Of a stretch of 28,846 nt of DNA, positions 18,498-26,128 are shown in pieces (position 1 is the first letter of the stretch; each line of letters starts with the position of its first letter). Made by a program: the position numbers and the translations under genes. The stretch lies in assembly GCA_964471875.1 (NCBI GenBank), contig CAYYIA010000001.1, positions 1 to 28,846 on the forward strand. Direction: 5' to 3'. The DNA is from an uncultured Acidimicrobiia bacterium (lineage in GTDB: Bacteria > Actinomycetota > Acidimicrobiia > Spongiisociales > UBA11373). Below the pieces are notes generated by a model that had not been told where the DNA came from, did not search any database, and saw only the letters and a program-made list of their open reading frames with translations.

Positions 18498-20072
18498 ATG
18501 GCGCTATGGAAACGCAAGCGTGCGGTGCCCGACACGGTGACGCCGACCCAGACGGCAACGGCACCGGTCACCCCGGGCATCCCCATCGCACCGAACGATC
18601 CTTTGCACGCCTATCTCCTCCAGGCGGGGGGACCGGTGGAGTTGGCAAAGCTGGAACTCGAGTCGGATGCGGTGGCGGCGCTGCGCGCCGCCGGCTCCGT
18701 CCTCGTGGTGCCGCTCATCAGCCAGGGCGAGTTGCTCGGGACCCTGAGCCTGGGACCGCGGCTCTCCGACCAGCCGTACTCGTCAGACGACCGCCGGCTG
18801 TTGTCCAGCCTGGCGTCCCAGGTGGCCCCCGCGGTCAAGGTGGCCAATCTGGTGAAAGAACAGCAGGTCGAGACCAAGCAGCGGGAGCGCATCGAGCAGG
18901 AACTGCGCGTCGCCGCACTCATCCAACAGACCCTGCTTCCGAAGGAACTCCCCAGCCCTCCCGGATGGCAGATCGATGCCTTCTACCGACCTGCGCGCGC
19001 CGTCGGCGGCGACTTCTACGACTTCATCGCCCTCAGCGACGGAAGGTTGGGCTTCGTCATCGGTGACGTCACCGATAAGGGAGTGCCCGCAGCCCTGGTG
19101 ATGGCGACCACCCGTTCGCATCTGCGCGCCGCGGCACAGCGGTCCGATTCGCCCGGTGCGGTACTCGCCGACGCCAATGACATCCTGGTCGACGAGATCC
19201 CGCCGGGGATGTTCGTGACGTGTCTGTTCGGGGTACTCGACACCCACTCCGGCGAGATCCGCTTTGCCAACGCCGGGCACAATCTGCCCTACGTGTGTGG
19301 TGCCACCGGCGTCAACGAACTCCGCGCCACCGGGATGCCACTCGGTCTCATGGCCGGGATGCGTTACGACGAGGTGGTGGCGACCCTGCACCCGGGCGAA
19401 CTCATGGTGCTGTCGTCGGACGGGATCGTCGAAGCCCACGGGCCGGCGGGCGACATGTTCGGGTTCGGGTCCGTGCGGGCCACCATTGGCACCGCACCCG
19501 ACACCGATGTCATCGGTCACCTGCTCGAAGGATTTGGGCAGTTCACCGGACCCGGTCACGAACAGGAGGACGACATCACGCTGGTGTCGATCCGCCGGGT
19601 GGCCGGTGCCGAAGAGTCCGCCGCGGTCTTTGCCGGAAGCATCACCACCGTGCACGACGAGTTTTCGATGCCGTCTGCCGAGGGCAATGAGCGGGCCGTC
19701 ATGGAGCGCGTCGCCACGGTGGTCACCCCCCTCGGTCTGGCGCCCTCGCGTTTGGAGCGCCTCAAGACGGCGGTGGCGGAGGCGGCGATGAACGCCATCG
19801 AGCACGGCAATCACGGCGATCCCGAACTCCCGGTAGGCGTGCTCGTCGAATCGACATCGCGGACCGTGACGGTGCGCATCACCGATCAGGGCGGCGCCAC
19901 CGCCATTCCCGCCGCCCAGGTCCCCGACATCGAAGCCAAGCTGGCCGGCGATCAGAAACCTCGGGGTTGGGGCTTGTTCCTGATCGAGAAGATGGTGGAC
20001 GAGATGCGCACGCACTCGGAAGGCGAGCGGCATGTCATCGAGCTGGTGATGAATCGAGGGGAGTCCCGATGA
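18498..20072 (+). CDS. Half-GAF + PP2C (SpoIIE/RsbU-like) phosphatase + HATPase_c anti-sigma-type kinase (RsbW-like) fusion
   Basis: VVPLISQGELLGTLSLG...YSSDDRRLL (GAF C-half); VGGDFYD, IGDVTDKG, NAGH, SDGIVEA, EDDIT (PP2C); EAAMNAIEHGN, D.G, RGWGLFLI (HATPase). Alternative start GTG 18489. Confidence 0.92.
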   Translation: MALWKRKRAVPDTVTPTQTATAPVTPGIPIAPNDPLHAYLLQAGGPVELAKLELESDAVAALRAAGSVLVVPLISQGELLGTLSLGPRLSDQPYSSDDRRLLSSLASQVAPAVKVANLVKEQQVETKQRERIEQELRVAALIQQTLLPKELPSPPGWQIDAFYRPARAVGGDFYDFIALSDGRLGFVIGDVTDKGVPAALVMATTRSHLRAAAQRSDSPGAVLADANDILVDEIPPGMFVTCLFGVLDTHSGEIRFANAGHNLPYVCGATGVNELRATGMPLGLMAGMRYDEVVATLHPGELMVLSSDGIVEAHGPAGDMFGFGSVRATIGTAPDTDVIGHLLEGFGQFTGPGHEQEDDITLVSIRRVAGAEESAAVFAGSITTVHDEFSMPSAEGNERAVMERVATVVTPLGLAPSRLERLKTAVAEAAMNAIEHGNHGDPELPVGVLVESTSRTVTVRITDQGGATAIPAAQVPDIEAKLAGDQKPRGWGLFLIEKMVDEMRTHSEGERHVIELVMNRGESR

Positions 20073-20407
20073 ACGCATTCGAAGCATCTATCCGATCCGA
20101 GGGTTCGGCGACCGTCGTCGACATGACCGGTCTGCTCGATCGCTCGGCGGAGGCAGCGATGAACGAGGTCTTTGCCGCCGCTCTGGCGACGGGGTCGGGG
20201 ACCATCGTGTTCAACTTCGCCGGGGTGGAGTACATCAACTCCACCGGCATCGCCCTCGTGGTGGGGGCGCTGGCCAAGGCGCGTACCGCGGGCCGCCCGG
20301 TGCGGGCGTTCGGGCTCTCCGACCACTACCGGGAGATCTTCACGATCACCCGTCTGTCGGACTTCATGGGGATCTTCAGTGACGAGTCCGCCGCGGTGGC
20401 GGGATAG
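20069..20407 (+). CDS. STAS-domain anti-anti-sigma factor 1
   Basis: FNFAGVEYINSTGIAL with the phosphoacceptor-position Ser; ATGA overlap with the phosphatase. Confidence 0.9.
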   Translation: MNAFEASIRSEGSATVVDMTGLLDRSAEAAMNEVFAAALATGSGTIVFNFAGVEYINSTGIALVVGALAKARTAGRPVRAFGLSDHYREIFTITRLSDFMGIFSDESAAVAG

Positions 20408-20419
20408 GGAGAGGGAGCA

Positions 20420-20770
20420 ATGCCCGAGGCAAATGTGGCCATGACGGTGCGTGACGCTGCACCGACGATTCGCATCATCGATATCTCCGGAGAGGTGACG
20501 GCGTTTGCCGAGCCAGTGCTCGCCGAAGCCTTTGGTCAGGCGAGCAGCGGAGACACCAAGGCCGTGGTGTTCAACTTCGCCGGCATGGAGTACATGAACA
20601 GTGGTGGCATCGGCCTGCTGGTGACGACGCTGATTCGGGCCAACCGCAACCACCAGCAGATGCGGGCATTCGGTCTCTCTCAGCACTACCGCGAGATCCT
20701 GTCGCTCACCCGTCTCGACGAGGCCATTCGCATCTACGAGAACGAGGCCGCCGCGGTTGCGGGCGGGTGA
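20420..20770 (+). CDS. STAS-domain anti-anti-sigma factor 2
   Basis: IIDISGEV, FNFAGMEYMNSGGIGLL; GGGAG RBS. Confidence 0.9.
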   Translation: MPEANVAMTVRDAAPTIRIIDISGEVTAFAEPVLAEAFGQASSGDTKAVVFNFAGMEYMNSGGIGLLVTTLIRANRNHQQMRAFGLSQHYREILSLTRLDEAIRIYENEAAAVAGG

Positions 20771-20815
20771 TGACACCGCTTCCTCGATGCCCACTGCGGT
20801 GAAGGTCTGCCTCGC

Positions 20816-22027
20816 GTGGCGATGAATCGACGCGCACTCGTCGCCTGCGCGGCCGTGGCACTGACCGCCATCGGCGGTTGCGTCATGGTGATCGCCATGG
20901 CGGGAGCGCTTCCGGCGGGCGATCCCGAGGGCGCCACCCTTCCCTTCGTCCTGAGCGTGCTCGCAATCACCGCGTTCGCGTTCGGTGTGGTCGGGGCCGT
21001 GGTGCTGATCCGTCGCCCCGAGAACCGGCTCGGGGGTCTCCTCGTCGCCGCCGGACCGTTGATCATCCTCACCTTTGGCGGGTTCGTGGCTGCCGGGATC
21101 AAGACGGTCTCGGCGGATTGGGACCCAGCCCGCGCCGACTGGGCGGGATGGGTGGGCAGCGTCGCCTTCTATCCGATGTTCCTCGTGTTTGGACAGATCG
21201 TCATTCGCTTCCCTGATGGCCGCCTGCCCTCGCTGCGTTGGCGATGGGCAGTGCGGGGGCTCGTCGTGGCCATCCTCGCGGTGACGCTGCTGTTCGCGGT
21301 GATGCCGGGGAACCTGGGCGACGAGCTTGGCAGTAATCCCATCGGACTGGAACTGGCCCCCCTCGAAGCGCTAGCGCCCTTCACCTATGCGCTCGGCTCG
21401 ATCGTGGTGATCGTGGCCATGGCGATGGGGGTCGTCGCGGTGATCGTGCGGTTTCGTCGTGCCCGGGGGGTGGCACGAGAGCAGCACAAGTGGTTGCTCG
21501 CCGCGATCGCGATCCTGGCTGTCGCCCTCCCGCCGTCGTTCATCGACGGTTCCGAGGGCGTCACCGCCTTCGACGTCCTTGGTTTCACCAGCCTGCTGTT
21601 CGTACCGGTCTCCATCGGGATCGCGGTGACTCGCTACCGGCTGTACGAGATCGATCGGATCTTCAGTCGAACCCTCACCTTCACCGTGGTGGTGCTGGTT
21701 CTCGGAGCAATGTACGTCCTGGTTGTGGTGTTGCCCTTCACCCTGGTGTTGGGGAGGGGCGGGGGCGAGGTACCGGCGTGGATGGTGGCCGGTGCCACCC
21801 TCGGTGCGGCAGCCCTCTTCTCGCCGCTGCGTCGCAGGGTGCAGGCGGCAGTAGATCGCAGGTTCAATCGCTCGCGATACGACGCCGAGTTGGTGGTCGA
21901 GCGATTTGCCTCGCAGGTGCGGGACTACACGGACGTGATATCGATCTCCTCGGGGCTGCGGGTTGCGGTGTCCGGAGCCCTGCAACCCGCCGGGGTGTCG
22001 ATCTGGGTCCGCGAGGTGGGATCGTGA
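20816..22027 (+). CDS. Multi-TM sensor-like protein 2 ending in an N-terminal GAF fragment
   Basis: RRPENRLG.LL, FPDGRLPS.RWRW, NPIG, REQHKW, RYRLYEIDR, RFNRSRYDAE...LQPAGVSIW. Confidence 0.82.
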   Translation: MAMNRRALVACAAVALTAIGGCVMVIAMAGALPAGDPEGATLPFVLSVLAITAFAFGVVGAVVLIRRPENRLGGLLVAAGPLIILTFGGFVAAGIKTVSADWDPARADWAGWVGSVAFYPMFLVFGQIVIRFPDGRLPSLRWRWAVRGLVVAILAVTLLFAVMPGNLGDELGSNPIGLELAPLEALAPFTYALGSIVVIVAMAMGVVAVIVRFRRARGVAREQHKWLLAAIAILAVALPPSFIDGSEGVTAFDVLGFTSLLFVPVSIGIAVTRYRLYEIDRIFSRTLTFTVVVLVLGAMYVLVVVLPFTLVLGRGGGEVPAWMVAGATLGAAALFSPLRRRVQAAVDRRFNRSRYDAELVVERFASQVRDYTDVISISSGLRVAVSGALQPAGVSIWVREVGS

Positions 22028-23277
22028 CTCGGCGGCGCAGCTTCCGGGTTGGCGTCTCCATCGTCGTGGTGCTCGGGCTTCTCAGCCTCGCGCTGTCTGT
22101 TGCCGGGACGGTGTTCGCCACCCGGAACAGCCGCCTGCTCGGTGAAGCGGTGGACTGGTCGGGGTTGGCATGGGGTCTGTGGCCGGCAGCCTTCGTCGTG
22201 GTTGGGGCGGTCGTCGCTGTGGCGCGACCCGCGGTCTTCGTGGGCTGGGGTCTCCTCACTGCGGGGTTCGCCGTGGAGGTCGGGGCGTTCGGCGGCGCCT
22301 ATGGCGGATGGGCGGCCCTGTCCGGAAGGTCGGCTCCGATGTCCGATGTCGCCATCTGGCTCGGGATGGTCTCTGGGGGCGTAGCCGCGACGATGGTGCT
22401 GCAGGTGGTCACAAGGCTTCCCTCGGGTCTGCCCGACACCCCCATCGCCCAACAGACGGCGCGGGTCGCATGGGTGCTCGGCACCGCCCTCGTCGCTTGG
22501 TGGGCGTTCAGCGACGAGGTGCTCTCGATCAACACGATGTCCGGCGATGCCGTGCACACCCCGGACCTCCCCAACCCCGTGGCGTTGATACACACGAGCC
22601 GCGCTGTGACGTCGGCAGTCACCGGTTCGCTCACACTCGGCTTGGTCTTGTGCTTTCTGTGGTCGGTGGGGTTGATCCTGAACCGCCGTCGTCGGGCCTC
22701 GGTGGCAGAGCGCGCTCAATTGCGGTGGCTGGCGCTGGGGCTCCTCGCCCTTCCGGTGGTGGCGGGCGTCACCACGGTGCTTGCCAACCTGGTGACCATC
22801 CCGCAATCCGTCGCCGACATCCTGTTCGTCTCACTCGTGGTCGTCGGTCTCGGCGCCATCCCGGTGTCGATTGCGGTTTCGGTCCTCAAGTTCCGGCTCT
22901 TCGACATCGATCGGCTGATCAGCCGAACGCTGGCGTTCGCCGTCGTGGCGCTCGTCCTGGGCTCGTGCTACGCGGTGCTGGCGGTGCTCCCCTTCACGCT
23001 GGTGGCCGGCATGAGTGGTGGTGATACGCCCTCCTGGGTGGTGGCCTCTGCAACCCTTGCGGTGGCGGTGTTGTTCTCGCCGCTGCGGAAGCGAGTGCGG
23101 CGCGTGGTGGATCGGCGCTTCAACCGATCGCACTATGACGCCGAGCGAGTTGCTGAGCGCTTCGCATCCCGGGTGCGCGAGTTCAGCGATTTGGGCACCA
23201 TCACGACAGATCTCGGTATGGCCGTGCAGGGTGCGCTGCAGCCGGCGATGTTGGCCGTGTGGGTCCGAAACCCGTAA
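22024..23277 (+). CDS. Multi-TM sensor-like protein 3 ending in an N-terminal GAF fragment
   Basis: GTGA overlap with sensor 2; RAQLRW, KFRLFDIDRLISRT, RFNRSHYDAE...LQPAMLAVW. Confidence 0.8.
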   Translation: MTRRRSFRVGVSIVVVLGLLSLALSVAGTVFATRNSRLLGEAVDWSGLAWGLWPAAFVVVGAVVAVARPAVFVGWGLLTAGFAVEVGAFGGAYGGWAALSGRSAPMSDVAIWLGMVSGGVAATMVLQVVTRLPSGLPDTPIAQQTARVAWVLGTALVAWWAFSDEVLSINTMSGDAVHTPDLPNPVALIHTSRAVTSAVTGSLTLGLVLCFLWSVGLILNRRRRASVAERAQLRWLALGLLALPVVAGVTTVLANLVTIPQSVADILFVSLVVVGLGAIPVSIAVSVLKFRLFDIDRLISRTLAFAVVALVLGSCYAVLAVLPFTLVAGMSGGDTPSWVVASATLAVAVLFSPLRKRVRRVVDRRFNRSHYDAERVAERFASRVREFSDLGTITTDLGMAVQGALQPAMLAVWVRNP

Positions 23278-23290
23278 CGATCCCGTGACG
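23272..23290 (+). promoter_or_regulatory. 11-bp-period repeat upstream of the 23326 gene
   Basis: CCGTAACG-atc-CCGTGACG. Confidence 0.6.
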
Positions 23291-23325
23291 GCGTGGTGGT
23301 GTCATGGGTCACGAGGAGGAACGAG

Positions 23326-24006
23326 ATGAGTGGAGTGAGGGACGACGACAACTGGGCGAAACCGGTGGAACGCCTCGAGGTGGGGTCGGTTCCGGAGGGC
23401 GCCAAGGGCCAGACCGTGCAGGGCCGCAAACTCACCGGACCGCTGCAGGGCTTCGGCCAGATGTGGCAAAAGACCTACCAGGTGCGCATCGACGGGAAGA
23501 ACCCCGAAGAGATCATCGCGGTGTGGAAGTCGTCGTACGGCCGGTTCTGGCCCAAGACCAACCGGTTCTACGCACCGATCGCCGGCATCAAGCCCGGTGA
23601 GGTCGGCCTCATCACCGGCAAGACCGGTCCGGTGAAGCTCTCCACCGGGGTGATGGTGCTCTACGCCGACGATCGCTCGTTCACCTACATGACCCCGGAG
23701 GGTCACCCGTTTGCCGGATGGATCACCTTCAGCGCTCACGACGAGGCCGACCACTCCATCGCCCAGGTGTCGGCACTGATCCGGTCCAACGATCCCATCT
23801 ACGAAGCGGGGTTCATCGCCTACGGGAACCGCGCCGAGGACAAGATGTGGCAGCACACCTTGCGGTCGCTCGCCCGTCACCTCGGATCCCCCCACGAGCC
23901 CACCACCGAGCGGGTCAAGGTCGATCGCAAGCGCATGTGGCGCAACTTCGGGAACATCCGGCGCAACGCGATGCTCACGGGGTTGTTTCGGAGGAAGGCG
24001 AAGTAG
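23326..24006 (+). CDS. Uncharacterised protein, possibly DUF1990/SRPBCC-like fold
   Basis: Strong GAGGAGG RBS; GPLQGFGQMWQKTY, MTPEGHPFAGWITFS, E...WQHTL..LA; fold assignment is a guess. Confidence 0.7.
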   Translation: MSGVRDDDNWAKPVERLEVGSVPEGAKGQTVQGRKLTGPLQGFGQMWQKTYQVRIDGKNPEEIIAVWKSSYGRFWPKTNRFYAPIAGIKPGEVGLITGKTGPVKLSTGVMVLYADDRSFTYMTPEGHPFAGWITFSAHDEADHSIAQVSALIRSNDPIYEAGFIAYGNRAEDKMWQHTLRSLARHLGSPHEPTTERVKVDRKRMWRNFGNIRRNAMLTGLFRRKAK

Positions 24007-24158
24007 GTACCAGGCACCAGGCACCAGAAGGTCGGGTGCCGGGTCTCGGGTACCGGGTACCCGGGACGGGGTCCCGTCGGCCTCGTCGCTCTCCGCCTCG
24101 GGTGTCTGGTATCGGGTATCGGGCCTCCGGTACCTGGCACCCGGCACCCGGCTTCCGG
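24007..24158. repeat. Large heptamer repeat cluster with inverted arms (GCACCAG, CGGGTAC, CCGGCAC)
   Basis: About 16 7-nt units; cgggtgccgggt can pair with acccggcacccg. Confidence 0.85.
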
Positions 24159-24229
24159 CCCATCGGCCCTAAAGCGGGTCGGCCGGGGTTGATACGGTCG
24201 GCGGGTCCCCTCAGCGAACGGGAGCAGCC

Positions 24230-25561
24230 ATGCCCGCACCGACGAGGCGTTGGACCGTCGTGGTCGGCGCCATCCTCATCCAGCTCTGTCTCGGCGCCAT
24301 CTACGCGTGGTCGGTGTTCACCACGCCCCTCAAGGACTCGGGCTGGTCCAAGGTCGAGACCCAGATCGTGTTTTCGGTTGGTCTCGGAACCTTCGCCCTG
24401 GTGATGGTGTTCGCCGGCCGCCGGCTCAAGACCTACGGCCCCCGGCGGCTCGCCCTGCTCGGCGGCATCACGCTCGGTCTTGGCTACGCCATCGCCGGTC
24501 TCGACGGTGGCACGAACTTCTGGATCGTGCTGCTCGGCGTCGGCCTCATCGGTGGCGCCGGCATCGGCCTTGCCTACGTGGTGCCCATCGCCGTCGGAAT
24601 GCGGTGGTTTCCGGATCGGAAGGGGATGATCACCGGGGTCGCGGTGGCCGGGTTCGGTTTCGGCGCTCTGGGGTGGGTGAAGATCGCCGGGGAGTGGGGC
24701 AACCTCATCGACGATCTCGGCATCGATGTCACCTTCTTCATCTACGGCGCCGCCTTTGCCACCCTGGTACTCCTCGGGAGCCGGTGGATGGTGATGCCGC
24801 CGGAGGGATGGCTGCCGGCCGGGTTCACCCCGCAGGTGGTCAAGGGCAAGGGCGGCGAGGACTTCTCTCCGCAGGAGATGCTGCGCACCCCGCAGTTCCA
24901 CCTGATCTCGCTCACGTTCGCCGTGTCCGCGGGAGCGGGACTCATGGCGATCGGGCTGATGAAGCTGTGGCCCGTCGAGGCACTCGTGGACAACGGGGTG
25001 GGTGCCGATCAGGCGGATGCGATTGCCGGCACGGCCATGGCGGTGTTCTTCTCGCTGGCCAACGGGATCGGCCGCCTCGCCTGGGGCGCCATCAGCGACC
25101 GGCTGGGTCGTAAGCGTTCGGTCGTGATCATGGCGGCGTCGCAAGGCCTGCTGCTCTTCGCCTTCATCCCGATGGCGGGTAGCGAGTGGCTGCTCTACCT
25201 CGGCGCCACGCTGATCGGGTTCAACTTCGGCGGCAACTTCAGCCTGTTCCCGGCGCTGACCGCCGACGAGTTCGGCAACACCGCGGTGGGCCAGAACTAC
25301 CCGTGGGTGTTCCTGGCGTACGGAGCGGGTGGCATCGTCTTCCCCATCCTCGGTGGATGGCTGGGCGACACCGGCAACTTCCCCATGGCCTTCGCCATCT
25401 GTGCGGTGGCGTGCCTGGTCGGGGCGATGGCCACCGCGGTCGTGTTTCCGCCGAGCAAGCAGGAGGCCGCCAAGCCGTTCTCCGTGGAGGGGTTCGTGGG
25501 CAATGCCCACTTTCTTCGATCACGACCGGGTCGGGTCCCGGTCGTGATGCACCGCCGGTAG
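24230..25561 (+). CDS. MFS transporter, oxalate:formate antiporter (OFA) family
   Basis: CLGAIYAWSVF, GLAYVVPI....RWFPDRKGMITG..VAGFGFG, NGIGRLAWGAISDRLGR, FGGNFSLFP. Confidence 0.88.
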   Translation: MPAPTRRWTVVVGAILIQLCLGAIYAWSVFTTPLKDSGWSKVETQIVFSVGLGTFALVMVFAGRRLKTYGPRRLALLGGITLGLGYAIAGLDGGTNFWIVLLGVGLIGGAGIGLAYVVPIAVGMRWFPDRKGMITGVAVAGFGFGALGWVKIAGEWGNLIDDLGIDVTFFIYGAAFATLVLLGSRWMVMPPEGWLPAGFTPQVVKGKGGEDFSPQEMLRTPQFHLISLTFAVSAGAGLMAIGLMKLWPVEALVDNGVGADQADAIAGTAMAVFFSLANGIGRLAWGAISDRLGRKRSVVIMAASQGLLLFAFIPMAGSEWLLYLGATLIGFNFGGNFSLFPALTADEFGNTAVGQNYPWVFLAYGAGGIVFPILGGWLGDTGNFPMAFAICAVACLVGAMATAVVFPPSKQEAAKPFSVEGFVGNAHFLRSRPGRVPVVMHRR

Positions 25562-25611
25562 CGGCAGACTCCGGGGCATCCTGGAGTGGTCACGAGCTGA
25601 GAGGGAGGGTC

Positions 25612-26127
25612 ATGGAGACCTGGGCCGCGATCACGGCGCGTCGCAACGTACGCACCTTTGCCGATCGGGCGATCCCGTCCGGCGACCTGGACCGGATCCT
25701 CGAGGCGGCGCGCCGCACCCCCTCGTCGCGCAACTCCCAACCCTGGGACTTCGTCGTGGTGACGGATCGGGCTCGGCTCGGCCGGCTCGCCAAGGTGTGG
25801 CAGGGTGCCGGTCACGTCGCCGGTTCGGCGGCGTCGGTGGGAGTGGTGATCGCCGCCTCGACCGACCCCAAGCACCGTGAGATGGTGGCGTTCGACCTTG
25901 GTCAGGCCGTCATGCAGATGATGATCGCCGCCGCCGGCATGGGCATCGGGAGCGCCCACGGTTGGGTCGTGGATCAAGAGCTGGCGCGAGGGGTGCTGTC
26001 ACTTCCCGCCGACCGCGAGTTGGCCTGGGTGGTGTCGTTTGGGTATCCCGCGGATCGCCCGCTCGCGCCGATTCGGAAGCTCAATCGTCGCCCCTTCGAC
26101 GAAGTGGTGCATCGGGAGACGTGGTGA
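25612..26127 (+). CDS. Nitroreductase family protein
   Basis: I.ARRNVR.F, ILEAARRTPSSRNSQPW.FVVV, GIGS, FGYP; GAGGGAGG RBS. Confidence 0.9.
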   Translation: METWAAITARRNVRTFADRAIPSGDLDRILEAARRTPSSRNSQPWDFVVVTDRARLGRLAKVWQGAGHVAGSAASVGVVIAASTDPKHREMVAFDLGQAVMQMMIAAAGMGIGSAHGWVVDQELARGVLSLPADRELAWVVSFGYPADRPLAPIRKLNRRPFDEVVHRETW

Positions 26128-26128
26128 G

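Noticed and set aside
18480-18540. Selenocysteine recoding of the TGA between sensor 1 and the phosphatase
   Set aside because: No convincing SECIS-like hairpin seen by eye downstream, the position is a non-catalytic linker, and no sel genes are in the window.
17229-23290. Shufflon or recombinational cassette switching of sensor genes via CCGTAACG
   Set aside because: No recombinase in the window, sensor 2 lacks the site, the sites at sensors 1 and 3 are in different reading-frame registers, and the paralogue DNA is too diverged. The operator explanation fits better.
18487-23311. SigB/SigF-like GGGT(G/C)A -10 boxes 16 nt after the repeats (18491, 23306)
   Set aside because: At 18491 the box is only 1 nt from the ATG, and it is absent at the 17188 site; too weak in GC-rich DNA.
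23275-23326. Sensor 3 TAA is also in frame with the next ORF
   Set aside because: The downstream gene has its own strong RBS and no complementary GAF half; a 1-in-3 frame coincidence is sufficient.
24007-24158. CRISPR array or protein-coding low-complexity repeat
   Set aside because: Units are 7 nt with no spacers; there are no cas genes; the ORFs crossing the repeats are shadow ORFs.
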